Shown: positions 8,697 through 18,531, counted from the first letter of the stretch. The stretch is DNA of 44,107 nucleotides from Candidatus Aenigmatarchaeota archaeon (GCA_014728985.1 WJKS01000097.1:1-44107), one strand, 5' to 3'. The notes: generated by a model not told the origin, from the sequence alone. Made by a program: numbers and translations.

Positions 8697-11089
8697 TCAC
8701 TTAATATATTTTCCCAATTAACTTCATAAATTTGAACGTCAGAATGATTATATATTAGTGTATAGTGTTCTGGATACTTAGAGAATTTTTTCAGGCCTTC
8801 AGGAGAATAAGATTTATCTTCTATTGAGCCTCGGAAATCAATATTGAGCTCGTTATAGTATTTTTCTAATTCTCCTATGTAGATATAATCAATTTCATAT
8901 TTTTCTAATAAATCTAAAGCCTCGATATTATCATTGGTATTATAGATTTCATCCATTTCTCTCCATATCTGATCTATTAATCCCCTCTCAATGGCGAGAT
9001 GTAATTCCATGTGATCAGTAGAGCCAAGGACCGTTGGTAGTCCCGTATAAACTGAAACTCTAGATGTGTATTGGTATGGTCTGCCTGGAGCTTCAAGTAT
9101 TGTTGGGGTACCTTCTATATTTTTATTTATCCATTTTATTGCTTTGTAGTCATTTGGGTGTGTTCTATTAAGGAATTTAATTCCATTTAAAGTCAGTTTT
9201 TCTTCTTGTGGAGTCAATAGATTTGTTTTTTGAAGTGTAGAAAATATTGGGAATACAAGGTAAGAAAGGAAGATAATAAAGAAGACCATAATAGATACCT
9301 TTGAGAGGATAGAACGAAATTTAGTTCTTTTTATGATTAAATAAATAAAGTACGTTGAAATTATACCTAGAGTTATGTAAAGAGTCCCATAAACTTTATT
9401 CATAAAGACGTATCTACCTTCTAAATTAACTAATTCGCAAATGAGTATGTACAAACAGGAAAATATCAGTAAAATCAAAATAAAGCTTAGTTCACGGTTC
9501 TCTGTTCTTAAAAATTTGAATAAAGACCAAGTAATTGTTGGTAAAATTAACGCTAAAAGTTGAAAATCAAAAATAAAATATTTGATATTTAATTCCGGTT
9601 TCATGGGGAGATAAAATTCCTCATATCTTCTGAAAAAGTTTAGAAATACCACCGACAAGAAAATAAGATATATTATTAATAAAAATAAAGCTAACTTTTT
9701 AAATCTAAAATTTTTGTAAATATCATCGAATATGAAAGCCAATATCGCCAAAATCTGTAGTGAAAAAACAACGAAAAAATGGTATAAACTGGTTTTGAAT
9801 ATTTCTAAACCTATTCCAGTTCTTTCTGTGGTGTTTATATATTGGTTCTGATCATGGGGTAATATTTCTAGGATAGGACTATTTAACCTCTGTATCATTT
9901 GACTGTTGATTAAAAAGAATGAAATAAAGCTCAGAAATACAATTAAGATACTTGCCAAAAATGAGAATATAATATTGGGTTTGATACCTTTAGATATCTT
10001 CAGATCATTGAAGAAAAGTAATATCCCTGACAAGAGCAGCAAGAAGGGGTAATCGTATATGTTTATTGTCATTGAAAATCCTATCATCAGTGACAGAATA
10101 AGTAAGGCGGGTATTATGAAGTTTCTTTTTTTCTTTAGAAGTTGGAATGTAGTTTTTCTGGAATTAAATATGGAAACTAAAATCAGAATAACCGCTGCCC
10201 TGAAAGGTAATGCCAAGAAATGTCCATGCAAATCTCCCCAGATGAAACTCCAGAATGGAAATTCATGTATTGCTCCTGGTATTATTCTACTTGGCCACCA
10301 CCAGTTATAGCTTCTGATTTTACTCAGAAATGATCCTCCCTGCGGAGGGTAATAATTATCAATATACCAGTTTATACCAGGTTTTAGATAGCTTACAGCT
10401 TCAAACAAACCCATCAAATTACCGCAAAAAACAATTAAAATCACGGCAAATATAGCATATTTGAATTTTTTGGTGAGATTAAAAACAATACTGAAACATA
10501 TGACTGAGAGTAGGGACATATTCAGAGCCAAGGCTAGGTTGTATGCATAATGAGTTGGTACATTTGTTAGTATTGATAGAACTGCGATAATTAGATGACC
10601 AGAATAATAGTAATTATCTAAATTAGCAGTAGAAAACCATGTATGCTTTGGGGGAAATGTGTCGGTTCTTTTTAGAGTATTGGTGTAAGCTAAATCGTAA
10701 ACACTCTCCCCCCCGTATATCCCAGGATAAAAGGATCTTATAAAACAGAAAATTAAAAACGTCGATAGGAAAACAATCTCTGTGGTTAATATTATTTTCC
10801 AAAAAGTCCCGTCATTTAGATTTATTTTCTTAAATATTCGTTTAAAATATACAAGATATACATCGATCAGTAGCAGAATTAGCCAAGAAAGAAATATTGT
10901 TCTTACCCCAAATTCGGACATTTTGATGACGCTGAGTATATAGGAAATATATGTTACGAATACAGCTCCCATTATTTTCGAGATTGCATACCCTTTATCT
11001 TTTAAATTTTTGAAAATTGTAAAGCATATCGGAAATGCAGTGATAGATAGTAGTTGGATAAAAATGTACCATGTTATCAGTGGAAGCAT
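8693..11089 (-). CDS. DUF2298 / Chlor_Arch_YYY membrane protein (predicted GT-C), paralog 2
   Basis: GGE, NYYYSGH, WWPSRIIP.AIHEFPFWSFIWGDLHGH, TGLPTVLG..H; many TM helices. Confidence 0.87.
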   Translation of the reverse strand: MLPLITWYIFIQLLSITAFPICFTIFKNLKDKGYAISKIMGAVFVTYISYILSVIKMSEFGVRTIFLSWLILLLIDVYLVYFKRIFKKINLNDGTFWKIILTTEIVFLSTFLIFCFIRSFYPGIYGGESVYDLAYTNTLKRTDTFPPKHTWFSTANLDNYYYSGHLIIAVLSILTNVPTHYAYNLALALNMSLLSVICFSIVFNLTKKFKYAIFAVILIVFCGNLMGLFEAVSYLKPGINWYIDNYYPPQGGSFLSKIRSYNWWWPSRIIPGAIHEFPFWSFIWGDLHGHFLALPFRAAVILILVSIFNSRKTTFQLLKKKRNFIIPALLILSLMIGFSMTINIYDYPFLLLLSGILLFFNDLKISKGIKPNIIFSFLASILIVFLSFISFFLINSQMIQRLNSPILEILPHDQNQYINTTERTGIGLEIFKTSLYHFFVVFSLQILAILAFIFDDIYKNFRFKKLALFLLIIYLIFLSVVFLNFFRRYEEFYLPMKPELNIKYFIFDFQLLALILPTITWSLFKFLRTENRELSFILILLIFSCLYILICELVNLEGRYVFMNKVYGTLYITLGIISTYFIYLIIKRTKFRSILSKVSIMVFFIIFLSYLVFPIFSTLQKTNLLTPQEEKLTLNGIKFLNRTHPNDYKAIKWINKNIEGTPTILEAPGRPYQYTSRVSVYTGLPTVLGSTDHMELHLAIERGLIDQIWREMDEIYNTNDNIEALDLLEKYEIDYIYIGELEKYYNELNIDFRGSIEDKSYSPEGLKKFSKYPEHYTLIYNHSDVQIYEVNWENILSE

Positions 11090-11131
11090 AAATCAACCTT
11101 TATAAATCTATACATCCTAACTATTAAAATT

Positions 11132-11848
11132 ATGAGTAAAAATAAGAAATTCCAATTAATTTCTATAATTGTCCCAGGGTATAATGAGGAAGAAAATATA
11201 GATATGATAGTTCCTAGACTCCAAAAACTTGAACTTAAAACTGAAATAATATTAGTTGACGATGGTTCTGTAGATAGTACCTATGAGAAATGTTTAAAGC
11301 AGTCAAAAAAATATAAAAACGTCAAGGTTGTCCATTATCCGGAAAATAGAGGCAAGGGTTATGCGATTAAACAAGGTATTAAGAACTCTGAGGGTGACAT
11401 AGTATTACAAATAGATGCGGATGCTCAATTTCTACCAGAGGAGGTACCTAAACTCATAGATCCGATATTGAAAGGAAATGCAGATGTCACATTCGGTTCA
11501 AGATTCATGGAAGATTCTGTAGTGAAGGAAGGCTCTTTAAGTAATAGGAATAGAATAGCTAATAAAGCTGATTCTTGGTTAACTAGTATATTTGCTGGAA
11601 ATAAATTCACGGATATACAAGCAGGATTTAAGGCCTTTTCGAGAGATGCTATAGATAAAATAGATTTCAAAGAGGATAAGTTTGGTTATGAACCTGAAAT
11701 AGGTATAATAGCTTCTAAGAAGAACTTAAGAATAGTAGATGTACCTATAACATATGCTCCAAGAGAGGGGGGTACGTCTAATATTAAAATAATTCAAGAC
11801 TCGATATCTATATTCTCAGCGATAATAAAGGCTTGGGTATCAAATTAA
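11132..11848 (+). CDS. GT2 glycosyltransferase
   Basis: SIIVPGYNEE, VDDGSVD, IDADAQ, DIQAGFKA; start moved to ATG 11132 to avoid overlap with the divergent gene. Confidence 0.9.
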   Translation: MSKNKKFQLISIIVPGYNEEENIDMIVPRLQKLELKTEIILVDDGSVDSTYEKCLKQSKKYKNVKVVHYPENRGKGYAIKQGIKNSEGDIVLQIDADAQFLPEEVPKLIDPILKGNADVTFGSRFMEDSVVKEGSLSNRNRIANKADSWLTSIFAGNKFTDIQAGFKAFSRDAIDKIDFKEDKFGYEPEIGIIASKKNLRIVDVPITYAPREGGTSNIKIIQDSISIFSAIIKAWVSN

Positions 11849-11853
11849 AGGTC

Positions 11854-12834
11854 TTATTTGTAAACAGCCTGATCTCTGGGACCAATTTTCAATCTCCATT
11901 TCACATAGTCTTCAATTGCTTCTTCCACTGTTTTTTTTGCCTTAAACCCTACTTTTTTCCCAATTTTCGAAACTTCTGATCGATGGACAAGTGTCTCATG
12001 AGGTAACATCTCCTTATACTCTATCTCTAAATTATTCTTCCCTAATTTTTCCATGGTCATTTCAGCAATTTCCAGAACTGTCGTTACCTTTCCAGTAGCG
12101 AGATTAAATGTATCGAAACCCTCAACTCCCGAAACTAAAATAGTTCCTTTCACCGCATCATGTATGTTTGTGTAATCAGCTGCGCAGGAAATAAAGTCAC
12201 CGTTTTCAAAAGTCCCATGAACAATGGGTTTCTTTCCTTTTAAAGCTCTTTCAGCGAAGATGGAGAGCTCCCTATCTGGTTGACATCTTGGGCCTATTAC
12301 ATGGTGATATCTTATTACAGGAACATCCAAACCATAATAGTCAACATACATTTTGCAAAATTCTTCCGAGCAGAATTTGGATAATCCATAAGGACCTTCT
12401 GGTTTTGGGGACATTGTTTCCTTGAAAGGAGGTTTCAATTTACCATAAACCTTATTTGAGGACGCAAATATGACCTTTGGGGTTGATTCGGTTAGTCTTG
12501 ACGCTTCCAATACATTTACAGTCCCAATGACATCTACCATTGCATAATCTCTTGGTTGTTTCAAAGCTAACCTGTGACTTGGGAGGGCGGCTAGATGATA
12601 GACTTGATCCTTGTTTTTAATAACTTTTTTAGTTTTTTTGAAATCTGTTACATCACCTTTGACAACTTCAAAATTTTTATTACCGTTTTTACTGATAATT
12701 TCTTTCACATTCCTCTCAGCTTCTATACCTCTCATAAAATTGTCATATATAGTCACTGAATGTCTTTCTTCCAAAAGTTTTTCAGTTAAATGACTTCCAA
12801 TAAAACCTGCCCCACCAGTTATTAAAATATTCAT
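11854..12834 (-). CDS. NAD-dependent nucleotide-sugar epimerase/dehydratase (extended SDR)
   Basis: ITGGAGFIGSH, HLAA, FASS, YGLSK (YxxxK). Confidence 0.93.
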   Translation of the reverse strand: MNILITGGAGFIGSHLTEKLLEERHSVTIYDNFMRGIEAERNVKEIISKNGNKNFEVVKGDVTDFKKTKKVIKNKDQVYHLAALPSHRLALKQPRDYAMVDVIGTVNVLEASRLTESTPKVIFASSNKVYGKLKPPFKETMSPKPEGPYGLSKFCSEEFCKMYVDYYGLDVPVIRYHHVIGPRCQPDRELSIFAERALKGKKPIVHGTFENGDFISCAADYTNIHDAVKGTILVSGVEGFDTFNLATGKVTTVLEIAEMTMEKLGKNNLEIEYKEMLPHETLVHRSEVSKIGKKVGFKAKKTVEEAIEDYVKWRLKIGPRDQAVYK

Positions 12835-12893
12835 TTTAACTCACGTCTCTTTATTAATCGAATTTTAAGTTTTTAGCACACTTAATTTTTTAT

Positions 12894-15062
12894 TCAAAAT
12901 TTAATTTTATCTTCTATTAAAGCTTGAACGATTTTCCTAGCTTCCTTACTAAATATTAAAATCAATACTAATATTACCCCAATAATACTAGCAAAAATTC
13001 CTAGACAATTCCCCCATGTTTTCCCATAATATAATCTAACATTTTCCTGTTCTGGTATAATCATCATAAATGCGGGAGATACTCTATATACCCTTTCTGC
13101 ACCTTCTACCTTCCAGTTAGGGAAATAGGAAATCTTCACAAGTAATGGTCTTCCTATACAGTCAGTCGTAATTCTTATTTCCTCATTTTCTACTTCTTCA
13201 TTAACACTACAAGTATCAGTATAAGGTATTTCCTGAATCTGATTTAAATTTTGATAATCGTAAATTATTTGTTCGAATACTTTTTCGTCCTCAGGAGTAA
13301 TTTTCTCTTTGATAACTAGAGGGGTATCAACTAAATCTATCCTCTCTTTGAACCACTCAAGAGTTATTTCCCTCCACTCATCTGATTGAATCAAAGCAGG
13401 TTTATTTTCAATCGGAACAACATAACTTCCATCATGAGTGGTCAATTCATAAACCTCCAGTTCATCTGCTCCGTAAACCATTTCAAAGTCTGAGTCCTCA
13501 GTTAAATCTGACTTAACATCTTCAGTCACAGCCATAAGATATTTCACGTTAAATAATTCCAAGTGTTCTTTGGCATTCGTTAAATTATAAGGAAGACACC
13601 CATCCGAAAGTAGATAAAGAGGACAGGGACATTTCTTGGAATATTCACATTCCATTGCGTAAATATATGGGCCATTATATGCCGATTGAAAATTCGTTCC
13701 TATTAGAGTAGATTTTGAAAAAACAGGAAAAGCCTCTGCGGCCCTAGAACTCCCCAAACCACTATCATGTTTTTTATCCTCGTATTCAAATTCTACTCTT
13801 CCTGGACCAGCATTGTTTAGGAAATCATTGACCTTTTGCCATGATTCCCACATAGGTTTGGATTCAAAGCCAGAATAATTCCACTTAATCCAAAATGAGA
13901 TATAAGACGAGGCCGAACTCACATAATATGTAGTTAGCATAAAAAGTATTATCGGAATTAACCATGTTCCATTCATTTTTTTAATTATTATAGATAGTCC
14001 TGCTGCTGCTATCAGGAATTCACAAATATAGGAGATAGGAATAAATTTGACAGACATGAAGTGCTCAAATATCGGAATTTCCAGATTATTTAAGGTCGGG
14101 GTTAGGAAATATATTGCAATTGAAGTGAGCAGACAAAGGGTAAGATAAATTATTCTTTTGTCCTTCTTTTTAATCCCGATAAAAATCCCGAATAAGGCTA
14201 AAATCTGCATAAACCTGAAAGAGGGGGGAAATATCATCTTCATTATTTCTGAAAATGAGTTCGGTAAAAACCAGAAATGTGGTATTGAATAGCTAGATTT
14301 TAAAATCATCGGGACAAGATAAAAAGCAGACAGCATTCCGGCCAACGCATAAACCAAGAAGAAGTATTTAATCCTCGAGATAAATTCTTTCTTATCGGAG
14401 GTCACCAATAAAAATATAGATGAGATAAAAGTGTAAGCTGTTATTACGCCATGACTCAAAACTATTAATGCAAATAAAATTCCGTTGAAGATAATGTATT
14501 TTTTATCTTTAATTCCTCTGTAGAAAGATCCGAAAAACAGAACCATCAGAGATAAACTTAAGCCCTGTGAAAATTCCCCGGCCAAAGTACTGGGTATATT
14601 CCCACCCCACATTGAGTAATGTTCAAGAAAAAGGAATACAAGGGAAAACATGGCAGCAATAATGGGAACTGGAAATTTGTATTTCATGAATTTAAAGGAG
14701 AAAAAGGAACAAAAGGGAAGTAATAGAACACCCAACATTGTTATTATCTTGAAAGCCACATGTACCGGTATCAAGAGAGAAAGGATTCCTGAAATAATAA
14801 ATGAGAGCGGAAAATAAAATTGAAATATGGGGAATCCAGCAAACCAACCAGGCGCCCACCCAAGTAACTTTCCCTTGGGTATCAAATATTCGTGAATATA
14901 ATGACTCATATAATAATAACCAACAGTATCTCCCCCACCTGTTGATGTATCTGAAAAGACCAAATCCGGTTTGTAGTAATTAAAAAGAAAAAATAGGATT
15001 GAAAGAAGGATTAGGACGTTTATAATAATTTCTTTTTTCCCCCAAATTTTTCTAAGGATAAT
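12894..15062 (-). CDS. PTPS-related (6-pyruvoyl-tetrahydropterin-synthase-related) GT-C membrane protein; start uncertain
   Basis: GGD..., GW.P.WFAGFP.FQFYFPL, WGGNI.STLAGEFS, WIKWNYSGFESKP.W, SYFPNW. The frame is open upstream of TTG 14963 to 15071 and encodes a TM helix, so an ATT/ATC start near 15062-15059 after GGTGA is likely. Confidence 0.8.
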   Translation of the reverse strand: MILRKIWGKKEIIINVLILLSILFFLFNYYKPDLVFSDTSTGGGDTVGYYYMSHYIHEYLIPKGKLLGWAPGWFAGFPIFQFYFPLSFIISGILSLLIPVHVAFKIITMLGVLLLPFCSFFSFKFMKYKFPVPIIAAMFSLVFLFLEHYSMWGGNIPSTLAGEFSQGLSLSLMVLFFGSFYRGIKDKKYIIFNGILFALIVLSHGVITAYTFISSIFLLVTSDKKEFISRIKYFFLVYALAGMLSAFYLVPMILKSSYSIPHFWFLPNSFSEIMKMIFPPSFRFMQILALFGIFIGIKKKDKRIIYLTLCLLTSIAIYFLTPTLNNLEIPIFEHFMSVKFIPISYICEFLIAAAGLSIIIKKMNGTWLIPIILFMLTTYYVSSASSYISFWIKWNYSGFESKPMWESWQKVNDFLNNAGPGRVEFEYEDKKHDSGLGSSRAAEAFPVFSKSTLIGTNFQSAYNGPYIYAMECEYSKKCPCPLYLLSDGCLPYNLTNAKEHLELFNVKYLMAVTEDVKSDLTEDSDFEMVYGADELEVYELTTHDGSYVVPIENKPALIQSDEWREITLEWFKERIDLVDTPLVIKEKITPEDEKVFEQIIYDYQNLNQIQEIPYTDTCSVNEEVENEEIRITTDCIGRPLLVKISYFPNWKVEGAERVYRVSPAFMMIIPEQENVRLYYGKTWGNCLGIFASIIGVILVLILIFSKEARKIVQALIEDKIKF

Positions 15063-15063
15063 A

Positions 15064-15429
15064 TCACCATTTCATAACTACAAAATATGCGCCAACTGAT
15101 ATTAAAAGTATTCCTATTATTTTCATTGTAGTTACTTTTTCACGGAAAAATATCCATGCAAAAACCGTGGTTAAAATATAGGCAGAACCTATTAGGGGAT
15201 ATACAAAACTTACGTCCTCCATGGATATTGCGACAAGGTATAAAACAGAAGAAAGTCCGTATAAAGCTACTCCGACGAAAACAAACTTATTAAGGAAAAC
15301 ATTGAAGATTTTTGGGGATATCATCTCCTTTAAGCTGACTTCTCCTACCTCATTCATTCCCCTTTTCATGAATATCTGGGCTGAGACACCCATAACCACT
15401 ACAATACCCACTATTGCTAGGACATTCAT
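15064..15429 (-). CDS. EamA/DMT small 4-TM transporter (ArnE/ArnF-like lipid-sugar flippase)
   Basis: AQIFMKRG, S.VYPL, FREKVT..K..GI.LI..G; ATG 15429 follows an SD-like GGGGT. Confidence 0.85.
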   Translation of the reverse strand: MNVLAIVGIVVVMGVSAQIFMKRGMNEVGEVSLKEMISPKIFNVFLNKFVFVGVALYGLSSVLYLVAISMEDVSFVYPLIGSAYILTTVFAWIFFREKVTTMKIIGILLISVGAYFVVMKW

Positions 15430-15430
15430 C

Positions 15431-16309
15431 TTATTGACCCCCTTCTCTTCCTTCATCTGAACCCTCTTTAACGAATTTAAATTCCAGTTTTTTACTTTTG
15501 ATTTGATAAATTATAAAGATTACTATCAGTACTCCTACTATTGCGAAATATATCCATCTTCCTAATATATTTTCTCCCACAGCTCCGAACATTCCGCTTG
15601 GGAAAGTGGATTTTTCAACTATCCTGACCATTCCGCTAGCTATAGAAGAATGGTGGTATTCCTCATCATATTCAATTGATGCTAAAACCACATAACTACT
15701 ACCTTCTAGTCCGGCAAAATTGGATATTTTGAATACCACTTCCTTTTCCTCTTTTGAGTTTAATTCTATATATTTTTCATTGGAATCGGAGGAAAGCTCA
15801 TTTGGTAAAAATAACTCAACGTTAACATCATGACTTTCCTGATCCATATTTTTCAATTTCAGTACAAGATCCTTAGTTTTCTTTCCATTTACCTCTATGT
15901 TTTCAAATACTCCCGTGACTCTTGACGGTTTAGCTGTTTTGTAAGTTAAAGTAACTGGCGACACAGAAGAAAATGGATATCCATTAGCGTCTGTGTATTC
16001 TGTTAACAAGACCATAGGATAATTGCCCTCTTTTGGTTCATTGATAGCAGTAACAGTAATATTGGATTTATGAGGTTTATTTATAGGTAAAGTACCTACC
16101 AAGACCGTTTCAGAAGAAAAATAATCACTAAGTAAAGATAATTGCACATTATAGGCAGACTCATCCCCAGAGTTTGTAAGGGATATCTGAACTACCTCTT
16201 GATCTGTATTTAAGACCTGAGTAGTTATGGAAGTAGTCAAGGATATAGTCCCGGCTAGAACAATTCCTATTAACATTAGAGAAACAACTAAAATTGCACC
16301 CCATCTCAT
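15431..16309 (-). CDS. Secreted, C-terminally anchored Ig-like (CARDB/NEW3, S-layer-domain-like) surface protein
   Basis: Signal peptide, N.GDE.AYNV, YTDANGYPFS, C-terminal TM followed by basic tail. Confidence 0.65.
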   Translation of the reverse strand: MRWGAILVVSLMLIGIVLAGTISLTTSITTQVLNTDQEVVQISLTNSGDESAYNVQLSLLSDYFSSETVLVGTLPINKPHKSNITVTAINEPKEGNYPMVLLTEYTDANGYPFSSVSPVTLTYKTAKPSRVTGVFENIEVNGKKTKDLVLKLKNMDQESHDVNVELFLPNELSSDSNEKYIELNSKEEKEVVFKISNFAGLEGSSYVVLASIEYDEEYHHSSIASGMVRIVEKSTFPSGMFGAVGENILGRWIYFAIVGVLIVIFIIYQIKSKKLEFKFVKEGSDEGREGGQ

Positions 16310-16393
16310 AAAAAAATAATAGTTATTGATAATTAAATAGGTATTCTCTGAAAAAAAGTATTTAAATATCTACAATAGTAATATTAACACCTT

Positions 16394-16409
16394 GGAAAAC
16401 TTTTAAATA
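16394..16409 (+). promoter_or_regulatory. BRE/TATA promoter of 16S rRNA
   Basis: GGAAAA-C-TTTTAAATA about 80 nt upstream of the 16S processing stem. Confidence 0.6.
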
Positions 16410-16487
16410 TTTTCCAATCGTATTTTGTTTGAACTCGATGATCAGTCGGGAGAGATTGTATGCCAAGCTTGAGCGTGGCTTAAGTTT

Positions 16488-16525
16488 GTAGTCCTAGTAG
16501 GTGAAATTTGTTAGTGAGATATAAA
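16488..16525 (+). other. 5' arm of the 16S pre-rRNA processing stem with BHB (pairs with 18653-18691)
   Basis: GTAGTCCTAGT pairs with ACTAGGACTAC; GGTG/CACC 4-bp helix; bulges AAA and AAT; TTTGTTAGTGAGATATAAA pairs with TTTATATTTTCATTAACAAA. Confidence 0.85.
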
Positions 16526-17009
16526 ACTAGTGTGTGATATCTCCAACCAATTCCGGTTGATCCTGCCGGAGGATACTGCTATTCGAATCCGACTAAGCCA
16601 TGCAAATCGAGAGTCTTAGGGACTCGATGGACTGCTCAGTAATATGTAGTCAACCTACCCTAAAATCAGGGATAATCTCGGGAAACTGAGGCTAATACCT
16701 GATAGATATTCTGGTCTGGAATGATAGAATATCGAAAGATCCGTCGTTTTAGGATGGGACTACATCTTATCAGCCTGTTGGGGGTGTAATGTACTCCCAA
16801 AGCTATAACGGGTACGGGCCATGACAGTGGAAGCCCGGAGATGGATTCTGAGACATTAATCCAGGTCCTACGGGACGCAGCAGGCGCGAAACCTTCACAA
16901 TGTGTTAACGCACGATGGGGGGATTTGAAGTGCTTATGCTTTGCATAAGCTTTTACCGAGTTGAAATAGCTCGGAGAATAAGGGGTGGGTAAGACAGGTG
17001 CCAGCCGCC

Positions 17010-17041
17010 ATTCTTTAGAGTGTAAGCTCTTAGAACGGTAA
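17010..17041 (+). other. 32-nt BHB mini-intron in 16S between E. coli 526 and 527
   Basis: Interrupts GTGCCAGCCGCC|GCGGTAA; helix GCCG/CGGT, bulges CC|A and AA|G, internal hairpin TTCT..AGAG-TGTAAG-CTCT..AGAA. Confidence 0.9.
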
Positions 17042-17716
17042 GCGGTAATACCTGCGCCTCGAGTGGTATCCATGGTTAGTTGGTCTAAAGCGTCCGTAGC
17101 CGGTCTTGTAAGTCCCTAGTGAAATCTGCTGGAAAACTGGCAGGCTTGCTGGGGATACTGCAAAACTTGGGACCGGGAGAGGGTAGAGGTACTGCTGGGG
17201 AAGGGGTAAAATCCTATAATCCCAGTGGGACCACCAGTGGCGAAGGCGTCTACCTAGAACGGGTTCGACGGTGAGGGACGAAACCTAGGGGAGCGATCGG
17301 GATTAGATACCCCGGTAGTCCTAGGCGTAAACGATGCCCACTTGGTGTCACAAACCTTACGAGGGTTTGTGGTGCCGGAGCGTAGGTGTTAAGTGGGCCA
17401 CCTGGGAATTACGACCGCAAGGTTGAAACTTAAGGGAATTGGCGGGGGAGCACACAAGGAGTGGAGGCTGCGGTTCAATTGGATCCAACGCCGGAAATCT
17501 CACGGGGATCGACAGCAGGATGAAGGTCAGTCTGAAGGGCTTACCAGACAAGCTGAGAGGAGTTGCATGGCCATCGTCAGCTCGTACTGTGAAGCGTGCG
17601 GTTAAGTCCGTTAACGAGCGAGATCTCCATCCTATGTTGCTAACTCGCAAGAGTGCACTCATAGGAGACCGCTGGTGATAAACCAGAGGAAGGTGGAGGC
17701 GACGGTAGGTCAGTAT

Positions 17717-18328
17717 ACATGAAGAGTGGTCAGATCTTTTAACTCTGAAAACCAAGTTAGTTTATGGATTATTGGCTAATTGGTCTTATTGCTGGAGACG
17801 GTCATATAGAGAAGTCCAATAGAATAGTAATTTCTAGTAAATTAGAGGAATTCATTGACTTATCAAGGAATAGTCTTAGTGTGTTCGAGACAAAGAATAG
17901 AAAAGTAAGTAAATTTTTTGACAAGAGTGCTAATGTATGGAAAATATCTCTAAGATCGGATGAGTTAGTAAAAATTTTAGAGAATACAGGGATACCCAAA
18001 GGAAGAAAATTCGATAAAATAATTTTAAAAATGGATAATTTGGATAGAGAAAAGAAATAGGAATTAGTAGCAGGATTAATAGACGCAGAAGGATGGTATG
18101 AAGATGACAAAGGAAGTCCTAGAATAAGGTTCAAGGTTAAAAATGAAAAATTGAGAGATCAAGTGTCAGAAATTTTAAAATTTCTGGAAGTTAACCATGC
18201 AAACTTCTGTAAAGACGATTGCTTTGGTTTTTCAGTTCAAGGTATCGATAGAGTGAAGAAATTTACTAACTTGATACCAATGAAACATCCAAAATGGAGA
18301 ATTTTAGTATCTGCTCTTCGTGGCTGAA
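17717..18328 (+). mobile_element. 612-nt BHB intron in 16S after E. coli 1205, carrying a homing endonuclease gene
   Basis: Removal restores GGTCAGTAT|GGCCCGAAT; BHB: CAGT/GCTG helix, bulges AT|A and AA|G, inner stem CATGAAGAGTGG/CTGCTCTTCGTG. Confidence 0.95.
17764..18327 (+). pseudogene. Two-motif LAGLIDADG homing endonuclease interrupted by in-frame TAG (18058-18060)
   Basis: Motif 1 YWLIGLIAGDG; after the TAG the same frame continues ELVAGLIDAEG...PMKHPKW to TGA 18327 (187 codons in total). Confidence 0.88.
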
Positions 18329-18494
18329 GGCCCGAATTTCCCCGGCTACACGCGGCCTACAATGTATGAGACAATGAGTTGCGACCCCGAAAGGGGAAGC
18401 CAATCCCCAAACTCATACTAAGTACGGATCGAGGTTTGTAACTCAACCTCGTGAAGCTGGAATTCCTAGTAGACAAACGTCATTATCGTTCGTC

Positions 18495-18531
<37 letters not shown>

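Noticed and set aside
2902..15460. Numerous short opposite-strand ORFs within the glycosylation genes
   Set aside because: Antisense shadows of well-supported genes, without motifs or SD sites
16434..16480. Possible C/D-like element in the 16S leader (CGATGA...TTGA)
   Set aside because: Only ~7 bp of imperfect complementarity to 16S and poor box spacing
16666..17755. ORFs overlapping the 16S
   Set aside because: Shadow ORFs of rRNA sequence with no protein motifs
18058..18060. Genome-wide TAG recoding suggested by the in-frame amber in the homing endonuclease and the GTG-ATT-TAG before the NuoC-like gene
   Set aside because: TAG terminates several ordinary genes at expected ends (20904, 21926, 29738, 32228, both pilins), and no conserved gene shows an internal TAG
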